A stretch of 64,000 nucleotides of DNA, from NCBI GenBank assembly GCA_028286525.1, contig JAQBRL010000020.1, positions 7,444 through 71,443 on the forward strand, read 5' to 3'. This stretch comes from Parcubacteria group bacterium. GTDB lineage: Bacteria > Patescibacteriota > Minisyncoccia > Phycocordibacterales > Phycocordibacteraceae. Shown in pieces: positions 30,361 through 39,966 of this stretch; the first letter of the stretch is position 1, and every line of letters begins with the position of its first letter. The notes under the pieces are model-generated. The model was not told the origin of the DNA. It worked only from the letters and a program-made list of their open reading frames with translations, and did no database searches. A program made the position numbers and the translations under genes.

Positions 30361-32187
30361 ATGCCGCCACAGGATCCTATTAAAAATACGCGGGCATGGC
30401 CCGTGCTGAAAGATTATACGAAAGCGGCGTTACGCTACCCGAACGCGTTCCTCTTCACGCTCGCGACGGTGATCGGCGTCCAGGTAACGGAGATCATCGC
30501 GCCTCTCTTCCTACGGCAATTCATCGATACCGTCTCAGGTCTTTCCACGCAGCACGTCATTACGCCCGCGGTCATACACTCGTTAGTCGGGTATATATGC
30601 ACCATCGCAGCAACGTGGCTGCTCTACCGCCTTCTTACGCTTGGAGAGATGCGCATCGAGTCTCGCGTGCCGGCGGATCTCACGAACAAGGCATTCGGAT
30701 ACCTCATACACCATAATTACGACTTCTTCGTAAATAACTTCGCCGGTACCCTTACGCGGCGCGTAACGCGGTACGCGCGCGCATTCGAACAAGTGTTCGA
30801 CACCGTGATGTCGAACTTCATTCCGACGTTCGTCTATACCATTGGAGTCATTGTGGTGCTGTATACGCGCAATCATGCGCTCGGCATCGGCCTGTTGCTG
30901 TGGACCCTGTTCTTCCTTGCGCTCATCTACTTCATGACGCAATGGAGGTACAAATATAAGCTCATGCGAGCCGCCGAAGACAGCCGTCTTACGGGGGCCC
31001 TTTCGGATTCCATCGGAAACCATACCGCGGTCCTCTTTTTTGCCGCCGAAGCCCATGAAAAGTCGAGGATAGGGCATATCGTGACCGACTGGTTCGATGC
31101 GAACATAAAGGCCTGGTCCGCCGATCTATGGAACTACACCATCCAGGGGTTCCTTACCCGCGTCGCGCAAGTCAGTTTGCTGCTCGCGGGACTCTATCTG
31201 TGGCAGAAAGGCCTTCTCACCGTCGGCGATTTCATACTCATACAGATCTATATGCTCACCCTTATGGACCGCATCGGGAACATAGGGAGCAGCATGCGGC
31301 GTATCTATGACGCATTCGCTGAAGCCAATGAGATGATACATATCTTCGAGCTGCCGCATGCGATCACGGATGATCGCCTTGCGGTATCGCTGATAGTTTC
31401 TGACGGGAAAGTGGAGTTCGGGAACGTGAACTTCTCGTTCATTCCTGAACGGCCTATCCTCAAGGACTTTTCGCTTACGGTGAAAAGCAAGGAGAAAGTG
31501 GCCCTCGTCGGGCCCTCCGGTGCAGGGAAGTCCACCATTACGAAGCTGCTGTTGAGGCTGTACGATCTCAAAGACGGTGCCATCAAGATCGATAACCTGG
31601 ATATCCGTCATGTGACCCAGAAAACGTTACGCGAGTCCATCTCCTTCGTACCGCAGGAGCCCGTGCTGTTCCATCGCACCCTGCACGAGAACATCGCCTA
31701 TGGCAGGCAGGACGCGAGCCTGGAAGAGATCATCGAAGCGGCGAAGAAGGCCCACGCGCATGAATTCATATCGACATTGCCGCTGGGGTACGACACCTTC
31801 GTGGGAGAACGCGGAGTGAAGCTTTCCGGCGGCGAGCGCCAACGCGTCGCTATCGCGCGCGCCATTCTCAAGAATGCCCCTATCCTCGTGCTCGACGAGG
31901 CGACCTCATCCCTCGATTCGGAGAGCGAGCACCTCATCCAAGAGGCGCTCGATACGCTCATGGGAGGGAAGACGGTCATCGTCATCGCTCACCGCCTTTC
32001 GACCATCATGAAGATGGACCGCATCGTCGTGATGGAGCAGGGGAGCATCGTCGCGCAAGGGACCCACGAGGAACTGCTCGCGCAAGCCGGCTTGTATAAG
32101 AAGCTCTGGAGCATCCAGGCAGGCGGTTTCCTTGGCGGGGAGAAAGAAAGCGGCGAAGAGGAGACCGCAACGGAGGAAGGGGAGTGA
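30361..32187 (+). CDS. ABC exporter, fused TMD and NBD
   Basis: Multi-TM N-terminal half; GPSGAGKS, LSGGERQR, LVLDEATS. Confidence 0.95.
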   Translation: MPPQDPIKNTRAWPVLKDYTKAALRYPNAFLFTLATVIGVQVTEIIAPLFLRQFIDTVSGLSTQHVITPAVIHSLVGYICTIAATWLLYRLLTLGEMRIESRVPADLTNKAFGYLIHHNYDFFVNNFAGTLTRRVTRYARAFEQVFDTVMSNFIPTFVYTIGVIVVLYTRNHALGIGLLLWTLFFLALIYFMTQWRYKYKLMRAAEDSRLTGALSDSIGNHTAVLFFAAEAHEKSRIGHIVTDWFDANIKAWSADLWNYTIQGFLTRVAQVSLLLAGLYLWQKGLLTVGDFILIQIYMLTLMDRIGNIGSSMRRIYDAFAEANEMIHIFELPHAITDDRLAVSLIVSDGKVEFGNVNFSFIPERPILKDFSLTVKSKEKVALVGPSGAGKSTITKLLLRLYDLKDGAIKIDNLDIRHVTQKTLRESISFVPQEPVLFHRTLHENIAYGRQDASLEEIIEAAKKAHAHEFISTLPLGYDTFVGERGVKLSGGERQRVAIARAILKNAPILVLDEATSSLDSESEHLIQEALDTLMGGKTVIVIAHRLSTIMKMDRIVVMEQGSIVAQGTHEELLAQAGLYKKLWSIQAGGFLGGEKESGEEETATEEGE

Positions 32188-32234
32188 TGTGAGTAGCGCG
32201 CGAGGCCTCCAGCCTCGCGCGCTATACTTTACGC

Positions 32235-32756
32235 ATGATCGACCAGTACGCCCTGCAGATAAGCACCCTCGCCACGACCGCGGCGTCCCATTCATGGGCA
32301 CTGGTGAGCAATTTCCTCATTCTGCTCGTCCTGACGGTCCTATTCATACTTTTTTCCTACCGCTCGCGCGGCGGCATCCTCTCGCTCATTCTCGGCTTCT
32401 ACGTCGGCTACGCGCTTTACCTCGTGTTTCCCTACACCTCCATGGTGCTTGGGTTCGGGACCACCCCTCTGCTGAAAGCCATCCTGAGCGTGCTCATGTA
32501 TCTCGTCGCCTGCGTCATCCCGTTCCTATTCGTCGAGCGCATCGTCAGCGGCGGGTACGGCGTCCTCTCGGTGCTTCCGCGCTTCGGGCTTTCGTTCCTT
32601 GCGGCGACCTTCTTGCTTGCGCTTGCCTATCATGTCTTCCATGTAAGCAACATCTACACGTTCCCGGAACCCATGAATACGCTCTTCGCGCCGGACCAGT
32701 ATTTCTTCCTTTGGTTCATCGCGCCGCTAGTCGGTCTGTTACTGCTCGTACACTAG
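32235..32756 (+). CDS. Polytopic membrane hypothetical protein
   Basis: About 5 hydrophobic helices; TATACT 6 nt before ATG. Confidence 0.75.
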   Translation: MIDQYALQISTLATTAASHSWALVSNFLILLVLTVLFILFSYRSRGGILSLILGFYVGYALYLVFPYTSMVLGFGTTPLLKAILSVLMYLVACVIPFLFVERIVSGGYGVLSVLPRFGLSFLAATFLLALAYHVFHVSNIYTFPEPMNTLFAPDQYFFLWFIAPLVGLLLLVH

Positions 32757-32787
32757 ACCCTCATGCCGCTCATGCAAAAGTAACGGT

Positions 32788-32964
32788 ATGGCCGGTATGC
32801 TCATGCGCACAGGACAGATCCTCTTTGTCCTAGGGTTCGTCTATTATTTCTTTTCGCACCATGTGCTTCTCACGGCATTGATAGCCGGCCTCGGCTTCAT
32901 CATTTTCATCCTCGGCGCTGCCCTCTGGAGCCTCGAAACCGGCGGCGACGTCAATTTCAGCTAG
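32788..32964 (+). CDS. Small two-TM membrane protein (58 aa; not in the ORF track)
   Basis: Manual translation MAGMLMRTGQILFVLGFVYYFFSHHVLLTALIAGLGFIIFILGAALWSLETGGDVNFS. Confidence 0.55.
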   Translation: MAGMLMRTGQILFVLGFVYYFFSHHVLLTALIAGLGFIIFILGAALWSLETGGDVNFS

Positions 32965-33072
32965 TATTTGCTCGCGTCCTCCGCTTGCAATTTAAGTAGT
33001 AGTGTGCTATAGTATATATCACGGTAACGGGTTAGCCGTTACAGCACCTTCCATCCCTGTGGAGAACATCCC

Positions 33073-33540
33073 ATGTCCAAAGGCATCGCTTTTGCGGTTC
33101 TCGCGCCGCTATTCTACGCGCTCGCTAACGTGCTGATCGAGTGGAAGCTCGTTCGCTACAACAACCTCAGCTTGATGGTCGTCTACGCGGCCATCATCGC
33201 CGGTGTGGCGTTCGCCATCCGTCTGGCCGCGCGAGGCGCCGATCCGGCGGCCTATGCGTTCCCGGCCGGCATGAACCTCGTCTGGCTCATCGTCCTCGGT
33301 GTCCTGTTCTTCGTCGCCGACTACCTCTACGTCGGCGCATACACGAGCAACGTGAGCCTGCTCACCATCACGACCATCAGCGTCCTGTTCCCGGTGTTCG
33401 CGTCGCTCATCAAGCTGGTGGGCAGCCGCTTCCTCGCCGGCATGACGTTCACGCCCCCTACTCCCACTCTAGTGATCGCGTACGTCCTTGCGGCGACCGC
33501 GGTCATCCTGGTGGTGAAGGAGGGCATGAAGGCGGCCTAA
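33073..33540 (+). CDS. EamA/DMT-like small transporter
   Basis: 5 TM helices; GIAFAVLA.LFYA start; very high GC3; own hairpin at 33573-33599. Confidence 0.7.
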   Translation: MSKGIAFAVLAPLFYALANVLIEWKLVRYNNLSLMVVYAAIIAGVAFAIRLAARGADPAAYAFPAGMNLVWLIVLGVLFFVADYLYVGAYTSNVSLLTITTISVLFPVFASLIKLVGSRFLAGMTFTPPTPTLVIAYVLAATAVILVVKEGMKAA

Positions 33541-33643
33541 CCGCCGCGCTGCTCTCCACAGGGAAACTATCGACGCCCCGGCTGCACTGGCCGGGGCGTT
33601 TCTACAGAGAAGGCACTATTTTATGTTATATAATCCACATACT

Positions 33644-34030
33644 ATGAATTTTGGGGAACACCTGACACTCGACGGATATGGAGGCGATTATGAGCTGCTG
33701 AATGATCGCGAATACGTGCGTTCTTGCTTCGATGAACTCTTGGCCCATCTGGAGATGCATCCCCTTATCGAACCGGTGATCATCGAAGCGCCTGACAACC
33801 AGATCAAGGACCCCGGAGGCTGGAGCGGCTACGTGGTCATCGCAGAGAGCCATATCAGCATCCACACATTCCCGAAACGGAAGTTCATTTCAGCCGATGT
33901 ATACACCTGCCGAAACGGTATGGATAGGGAATATATCACTGAATATTTTAGAACGAAGTTCAAACTGACCGATCTCGAGACTAACTTCATCGTGCGCGGC
34001 ACCCGGTATCCCGAGCATAATCTCGTATGA
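33644..34030 (+). CDS. speD: S-adenosylmethionine decarboxylase-like pyruvoyl proenzyme
   Basis: GEHLTLD; GG.SGYVVIAESHISIHTFP (E-S self-cleavage site); ADVYTC. Confidence 0.85.
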   Translation: MNFGEHLTLDGYGGDYELLNDREYVRSCFDELLAHLEMHPLIEPVIIEAPDNQIKDPGGWSGYVVIAESHISIHTFPKRKFISADVYTCRNGMDREYITEYFRTKFKLTDLETNFIVRGTRYPEHNLV

Positions 34031-34635
34031 CAATACAGGCACTGTTTGGGATTGCCGCCGGCATATTATCGTTCGTCGCATACCCTGTCTACATACGAGA
34101 CATTCTCCGCGGTGAAACGAAGCCGAGCAAGGTAACCTGGTGGGTGCTCGCCTTCCTGAATGCTGCCCTTACCGCGAGCTATTATGCGTCAGGCGCTCGG
34201 GATACGATCTGGATTCCTATCAGTTATACCCTGGGATTCTCTGTCGTAGCGTTTCTTTCTCTCAAATACGGAGAGGGAAATTGGGAAAAGAGCGACTGGA
34301 TCTGCCTTACCGGCGCGGCAGTGAGCTTGTTCTTGTGGTGGTTCCTTCAGTCTGCCGAGGTTGCGCTATATCTTATTATAATCACTGATTTCATTGGTCT
34401 CGTCCCCACTATCTATAAGACGTACAAGAGACCCTGGACAGAGAGCAGGCTCTCTTGGTCAATCGCATTGATCGCCAGCGCGCTGAACGTGATCGCGATC
34501 GAGGATTGGTCTCCCGCAATCAGTTTCTATCCGTTCTATGTAGTGATAACGAATGCTCTTATCGTAGGATTTATATTGTTTCCGAGACATCGTGAACAGC
34601 AGATTGTTGAGCCTCGCAGCGATTCCGGCGCATGA
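34027..34635 (+). CDS. PQ-loop/SWEET-like multi-TM membrane protein
   Basis: Internal two-fold repeat: PVYIRDILRG.TKP..TW and PTIYKTYKRP.TES..SW; overlaps both neighbours. Confidence 0.6.
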   Translation: MTIQALFGIAAGILSFVAYPVYIRDILRGETKPSKVTWWVLAFLNAALTASYYASGARDTIWIPISYTLGFSVVAFLSLKYGEGNWEKSDWICLTGAAVSLFLWWFLQSAEVALYLIIITDFIGLVPTIYKTYKRPWTESRLSWSIALIASALNVIAIEDWSPAISFYPFYVVITNALIVGFILFPRHREQQIVEPRSDSGA

Positions 34636-35573
34636 TTCCACAATTCCCCGACTTCAAGCAGCTTGAGTTTTCGGACAAAGACGAATTGGAGACATTCGCC
34701 GCTGGATTTTCGCCCTACTCCGATTTTGAATTCGCCAGCTTGTGGGCTTGGAACGTTCAAGAGAACATGGAACTGTCTCTACTACGAAAAAATCTAGTTG
34801 TGCGCTTCACAGATTACGTTACAGGCGCATTTTTTTATACTTTTCTTGGCAAAACCGAACTGAACGATACTGCTGAAGAGCTTATCGCCCTTTCTGAGAA
34901 AAAAGGCTATGGTTCCGTCTTACATCTGATACCAGAGGAGGCTATTACCGGACTTGATACCGACAGATTCGATATTACGGAATCACGTGACCATTTCGAT
35001 TATCTGTACGAAGTGGAGCAGCACGTAACGTATGGCGGCGGGAAGCTCAAATCAAGGCGCAATTTTTTGAATGGCTTCCTGAAGACCTATCCGCATTACG
35101 GTGCCGTACCTCTTGATCTTTCTGACGAGCTCACCCGGCGCGAAGTGCTCGAACTCTGTCGTAGATGGGAAGAGAATAAGGGATTTCCGATCCCTAATGA
35201 GCAGCGGGCTCTGAGCCGTTTTCTCGATGTTGCGCACTTTTTCACGTATAGCGCAGTCGGTATTACGATCGACAGCACGTTGGTAGGCTTCTGCACGACC
35301 GTGTTGCTCCGCGATGGGCGCGCAAACGCGCTTTTCGAAAAAGTAGATATCCGCTATCACGGTATCCATGCGCTGCTTCGGCATGAAGTGGCCAAGAACC
35401 TTATACGCGCGCGCTATACGCATCTTAATTATGAACAGGATCTTGGGATACTCTCTCTTCGCCAGTCGAAGACAGCCTTTAACCCGACCGGCTTCTTGAA
35501 GAAATATAGCGTTTCTCGCAAACGCACGGATGCGTTCGCTTCACAGACTCAACTTCCAGCTGAATTCGACTAG
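34632..35573 (+). CDS. DUF2156 / phosphatidylglycerol lysyltransferase-like GNAT-fold protein
   Basis: SDFEFASLWAW, RDHFDYLY, FEKVD..Y.G, NYEQDLGI.SLRQSK..P..FLKKY. Confidence 0.8.
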   Translation: MIPQFPDFKQLEFSDKDELETFAAGFSPYSDFEFASLWAWNVQENMELSLLRKNLVVRFTDYVTGAFFYTFLGKTELNDTAEELIALSEKKGYGSVLHLIPEEAITGLDTDRFDITESRDHFDYLYEVEQHVTYGGGKLKSRRNFLNGFLKTYPHYGAVPLDLSDELTRREVLELCRRWEENKGFPIPNEQRALSRFLDVAHFFTYSAVGITIDSTLVGFCTTVLLRDGRANALFEKVDIRYHGIHALLRHEVAKNLIRARYTHLNYEQDLGILSLRQSKTAFNPTGFLKKYSVSRKRTDAFASQTQLPAEFD

Positions 35574-35630
35574 TGGAGAAGAGTCCTGGACGTTTATTCG
35601 GTTGGTATACTTACATACGAAGCTTGAACA

Positions 35631-35990
35631 ATGCACCGCTCTGCCCATAAAACTACATTCCTCATATGTGTCGGCATATTGGTGTTGATCGTCGCGATAC
35701 ATAATTTCGCTCGCTACTATGTGGCGAAAGATTATCCGTTCCATGTATTTACGAGCTGCGCTCCCTTCATGCACAGCTGCTTTACTGCTGACCCGACCAA
35801 CTCAGATCCGACATTCCAGGGCGGCGCATACGAAAAGGTCATGATCGACGCCGCACATGCACCGATATGCTTAGAGGAGCATACGTGCGCAAATTTCTCT
35901 TGCGATGGGCTCGGCGCACTATGCCAGGTGACGTATTGTTCGCCGGACGCTCTGGAAGATGGCGAAAGCTGCACTAGTTCAACTCAATAG
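35631..35990 (+). CDS. Membrane-anchored cysteine-rich small protein
   Basis: N-terminal TM followed by 8 Cys; ends 2 nt before the kinase gene. Confidence 0.7.
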   Translation: MHRSAHKTTFLICVGILVLIVAIHNFARYYVAKDYPFHVFTSCAPFMHSCFTADPTNSDPTFQGGAYEKVMIDAAHAPICLEEHTCANFSCDGLGALCQVTYCSPDALEDGESCTSSTQ

Positions 35991-35992
35991 CT

Positions 35993-37639
35993 ATGCTGGC
36001 ATATTTTATACACGCCCAATACTGCTACGAATATCTGGTAAATCAGATCCCGATGGGCCTGCTGCTGTATTCGCACCTACCGACATCGCTTCTTGCCCTC
36101 GCATTCGGGACATATGTGCTCTTCAAGGCACGTACACTTCCAGCCTTTCTCTTCTTCAATGTCTGTCTCATGTTCGCTATCTGGGCAGCATTCGATTTGA
36201 GCGCTTGGTTCGCGTTCCTCGGAGCCGATAATGTCATGTTCACCTGGTCTCTCCTCGATTTCTTTGCGGTACTCATGTTCTTTTTTACGTACTACTTCCT
36301 GTACACGTTCGTGACTGGTAAAGATCTACCGCTCTGGCAGAAACTCATCGGCATCGCTATTCTATTGCCCACAACGGTTATCGCGTTCATGGGAGTGAAC
36401 ATACCGACATACGACCTCAATTCCTGCACCGCGCTTGAGGACAACGCCTACACCATCTACACGTACATTGCCGAAGGGATATACATCCTGGTCACGATAG
36501 CGTTCCTCACTATCGAGTACCTGAAGAAGAAGGAGCGTACGCAACGACGTCGTACTCTCCTCGCCGGTACTGGAGTCCTGATATTCCTCGGGTTCTTCTT
36601 CTCAGCGAGTTTTCTGGTCAGTCTATACGCGAGCAGCGATGCATCTTCATACGTATACAACTATTTGATCTATGGATTATTTGGGATGCCGGTATTTCTC
36701 ATCTATCTTGGGTATCTAATCGTCAGATACCACGCATTCAATCTTAAGACATTCGGGGTACAGGCTCTTGTCGTGGCACTCATTGCAGTCCTCGCTTCTG
36801 AGTTTGCGTTCGTGACTACCCTTACGAGCCGCGTCCTTGTCGCCGTCACGCTTATCCTTACCGGCATTATCGGGACCCAGCTTATCCGGAGCGTTAAACG
36901 TGAAATAGAGCAGCGTGAGCATATAGAAAAACTTGCAGGAGATCTTGAGAAGGCGAATGAGCAGCAAATAGTCCTCATTCATTTCATTACGCACCAGATC
37001 AAAGGCTTCGTAACCAAGTCGCGCAATATCTTCTCGATGGTGCTCGAGGGAGATTTCGGATCAGTGCCAGAGCAAATGAAACCCATGCTCGAAGAGGGAT
37101 TCAGTTCGGACACCAAGGGCATGAACACGATTCAAGAGATTTTGAACGCAGCGAATATAAAAAGCGGGAAGGTCACGTATGCGATGGCGCCATTCGACAT
37201 GAAACTATTCATCGAGGAGATAGCGAAGGAACTCAAGCCTGCTGCCGATGCGAAAGGCCTCGAATTTACGCTTGACCTGGGCATGGGTACCGACGTCGTG
37301 ACAGGAGACCGGGGGCAGCTCGTGAATGTGTTCAAGAACCTCATCGACAACTCCATAAAATACACGCAGAAGGGCACGGTCACGGTACGCCTGAAAAAAG
37401 AAACCGGTAAGGTCATTTTCACGATCGAAGACACGGGTGTCGGGATCACGCCAGAGGATATGAAGAACCTATTCACGGAAGGAGGACACGGGAAGGAATC
37501 CACGAAGGTGAACGTGGAGTCCACTGGTTTCGGTCTCTACATCGTGAAGAACATCATCGATGCCCATAAGGGCAAGGTCTGGGCCGAGTCCGAAGGCGCA
37601 GGGAAGGGGAGCCGCTTCATCGTCGAGCTTCCCGCATAG
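35993..37639 (+). CDS. Sensor histidine kinase with multi-TM N-terminal domain
   Basis: Many TM helices; H-box THQIK, N-box NLIDNSIKYT, G1 EDTGVG, G2 GFGLYI. Confidence 0.92.
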   Translation: MLAYFIHAQYCYEYLVNQIPMGLLLYSHLPTSLLALAFGTYVLFKARTLPAFLFFNVCLMFAIWAAFDLSAWFAFLGADNVMFTWSLLDFFAVLMFFFTYYFLYTFVTGKDLPLWQKLIGIAILLPTTVIAFMGVNIPTYDLNSCTALEDNAYTIYTYIAEGIYILVTIAFLTIEYLKKKERTQRRRTLLAGTGVLIFLGFFFSASFLVSLYASSDASSYVYNYLIYGLFGMPVFLIYLGYLIVRYHAFNLKTFGVQALVVALIAVLASEFAFVTTLTSRVLVAVTLILTGIIGTQLIRSVKREIEQREHIEKLAGDLEKANEQQIVLIHFITHQIKGFVTKSRNIFSMVLEGDFGSVPEQMKPMLEEGFSSDTKGMNTIQEILNAANIKSGKVTYAMAPFDMKLFIEEIAKELKPAADAKGLEFTLDLGMGTDVVTGDRGQLVNVFKNLIDNSIKYTQKGTVTVRLKKETGKVIFTIEDTGVGITPEDMKNLFTEGGHGKESTKVNVESTGFGLYIVKNIIDAHKGKVWAESEGAGKGSRFIVELPA

Positions 37640-37657
37640 CCCTGGTATAGTGGAGGC

Positions 37658-38890
37658 ATGAACCTCATCGAGGACCTGAAAGCACGCGGACTCGTCGAGC
37701 ATCACTCGGCGGAGCTCGAGAAGATATTCGCGACCAAGCGCACCGTCTACCTCGGCGTAGACCCTTCCGCCGACTCGATGCAAGCTGGCAATCTCGCCGT
37801 GATACTTCTCATGAAGCGTCTTGCGGACGCAGGGCACCGCATCATCCTGCTCGTGGGCGGCGGCACCGGCATGATAGGCGACCCGCGCGAGAGCGGAGAG
37901 CGGACGCTCCCGGACGAACGCGCCATCAAGCGCAACGCGAAAGCGCTTCGCGACCAGATGCAGCGCATCGTGGGCAGCCGGGTGACGCTCGTGAATAACG
38001 CGGACTGGCTGCTGAAGATAAAGCTGGTCGATTTCCTGCGGGATATCGGCAAGCATTTCACCGTGAACGAGCTCATAAAGCGCGATATCATCCGCAAACG
38101 CCTCGAAACGCCGGACGAGAGCATTTCATACACCGAGTTCGCGTACTCGCTTCTCCAAGGCTACGACTATCTGACCCTGAACCAGAAATACGGATGCGAC
38201 CTGCAGGTGGGCGGCTCCGACCAATGGACGAACCTGCTCTCGGGAGTGGAGCTCATCCGCCGCAAGCTCGGCAAGGAGGCCTTTGCAGTGACCATTCCGC
38301 TCGTCACCGACGCAACGGGAAAGAAGTTCGGTAAGTCCGAAGGGAACGCCGTTTGGCTTGCTGCGTCGAGGACCTCTCCTTTCGCGTTCTACCAATTCTG
38401 GCTGAACCAGCCGGATACCGAGGTGGGCAAGCTCATGAAGTTCTATACCTTCCTGTCGCCCATAGAGATAAACGCGCTCATGGAATTGCATGCGCGTAAC
38501 CCTGAACGCCGTACCGCCCAGCGCAAGCTCGCGCTCGAAGTGACCACGCTCGTGCATGGAGAGACGGAAGCGATGCGCGCGGAGAAGTTCACGGACATCC
38601 TGTTCGGGAACGCGTCGCTCGACCAGCTCGCTGCCGCAGAGCGCGAAGCGCTTTTCTCGTCGGTGCCTTCAGCGAGCGTGCCGGACGGCACGAGTATCGT
38701 CGATACGCTCACGAGCACGGAGTTCGTAGCATCGAAATCGGAAGCGAGACGGCTTATAGACGCGAAGGGTATCAGGCTCAACGGCGAAACCGTTACCAGC
38801 GACCGGCCTCTCACCGCATCGGACTTCGAGAAGGGCCTTGCCGTCCTCCAAAAAGGGAAGTCCGAGAAGCTTTTGGTCCGCTTCAAATAG
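37658..38890 (+). CDS. tyrS: Tyrosine--tRNA ligase
   Basis: YLGVDPSA, GGGTGMIGDP, GGSDQW, KFGKS, C-terminal S4 domain. Confidence 0.97.
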   Translation: MNLIEDLKARGLVEHHSAELEKIFATKRTVYLGVDPSADSMQAGNLAVILLMKRLADAGHRIILLVGGGTGMIGDPRESGERTLPDERAIKRNAKALRDQMQRIVGSRVTLVNNADWLLKIKLVDFLRDIGKHFTVNELIKRDIIRKRLETPDESISYTEFAYSLLQGYDYLTLNQKYGCDLQVGGSDQWTNLLSGVELIRRKLGKEAFAVTIPLVTDATGKKFGKSEGNAVWLAASRTSPFAFYQFWLNQPDTEVGKLMKFYTFLSPIEINALMELHARNPERRTAQRKLALEVTTLVHGETEAMRAEKFTDILFGNASLDQLAAAEREALFSSVPSASVPDGTSIVDTLTSTEFVASKSEARRLIDAKGIRLNGETVTSDRPLTASDFEKGLAVLQKGKSEKLLVRFK

Positions 38891-38892
38891 CC

Positions 38893-39501
38893 ATGGAAAC
38901 CGAATGGGAAGCGACGTTCTGGCCCATCGATAAGGAAAACGTTCGTGCTCGACTTAAAACCGCTGGCGCGTCCCTTATCTTTCCGGAGCGGCGCATGCGA
39001 CGTGTAAATCTATATCCGCCCGACGAAGAGTACGCTCTTCGAGCATGGGTGCGCGTACGGGACGAAGGGGACCGAATCACCCTGAGCCTGAAGGAACGAC
39101 GAGGAGATAATTCGCAGATCGAACACCAAGGCGAGATCGAACTTATCATTGATGATTTCGACCGCGCAGGAGAACTCTTGCGGCACCTGGGATGCCGGGA
39201 TAAGAATTATCAGGAGACCAACCGTGAACTATGGAAATTGCATGGTGCATCGATAACCATCGACGAATGGCCCTGGCTTGAGCCATTGATCGAGATCGAA
39301 GGTATTTCGGAGGAGCATGTGAAAGATGTGAGCACCAGGCTCGGTTTCGATTGGAATGAAGCACGTTTCGATACTGCCGATAAGATCTACGCTCAGAAGT
39401 ATGGTGTCGAGTCTCAGTTCGTAAATCGCAGTATTCCGCGGCTTATCTTCGAGGGAGATAATCCGTTCCAAAATCAAGGCCAAGCTGATATAGTGGCCTA
39501 G
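38893..39501 (+). CDS. CYTH domain protein
   Basis: ExE N-terminus (METEWEATF), WVRVRDEG, RELW, IDEWP, IEIE. Confidence 0.85.
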   Translation: METEWEATFWPIDKENVRARLKTAGASLIFPERRMRRVNLYPPDEEYALRAWVRVRDEGDRITLSLKERRGDNSQIEHQGEIELIIDDFDRAGELLRHLGCRDKNYQETNRELWKLHGASITIDEWPWLEPLIEIEGISEEHVKDVSTRLGFDWNEARFDTADKIYAQKYGVESQFVNRSIPRLIFEGDNPFQNQGQADIVA

Positions 39502-39505
39502 TTGC

Positions 39506-39588
39506 GCGTCGGTGGTAGAGTGGTCAATTACAACAGGCTGTAAACCTGTCGGCTTCGGCCTACGAAGGTTCGAATCCTTCCCGGCGCA
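39506..39588 (+). tRNA. tRNA-Tyr(GUA), CCA not encoded
   Basis: Acceptor stem GCGTCGG/CCGGCGC-A; anticodon arm acagg-ctGTAaa-cctgt; long variable arm; T-loop GTTCGAATC. Confidence 0.95.
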
Positions 39589-39593
39589 CACGG

Positions 39594-39616
39594 AAAGCTC
39601 CCGCAAGGGAGCTTTG
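39594..39616 (+). terminator. Hairpin terminator after the tRNA
   Basis: aaagctccc-gcaa-gggagcttt. Confidence 0.75.
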
Positions 39617-39705
39617 TGCATATAGTTGGCAACTTTCCTGGACGGGTGTAGGTTCTACCCATCAACCGGCATGGTACCGGTATTGGACATTCAGTCCGGG
39701 AGGAA

Positions 39706-39966
39706 GTGATGAGCCATCCTATTCAAACCGACCGGCTTGAGCTCGGCCACATCGCCACGTTCCGGTGCGAAGACGGATCGGAAGTCCGCTACCGCATTGG
39801 CGAGGCGAACGATATGACGACCGAGCCCGAGACGCACAGCATCCACTGGCTCGCGCCCTTCGTCGGCAAATGCGTCGGCCATCGGGCCGAGGTCGCCGCT
39901 CCTGAAGGGAACGTCACGTGGATGCGGCTCCTCAAACTGGAGATTCCGGAGCAACTCGCAGCGTGA
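39706..39966 (+). CDS. Stand-alone GreA/GreB C-terminal-like domain protein
   Basis: LG..ATF..DGSEVRYRIG..VGKCVG..AEVAAPEG..RLLKLE pattern; SD GGAGG; downstream hairpin at 39991-40019. Confidence 0.6.
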   Translation: MMSHPIQTDRLELGHIATFRCEDGSEVRYRIGEANDMTTEPETHSIHWLAPFVGKCVGHRAEVAAPEGNVTWMRLLKLEIPEQLAA

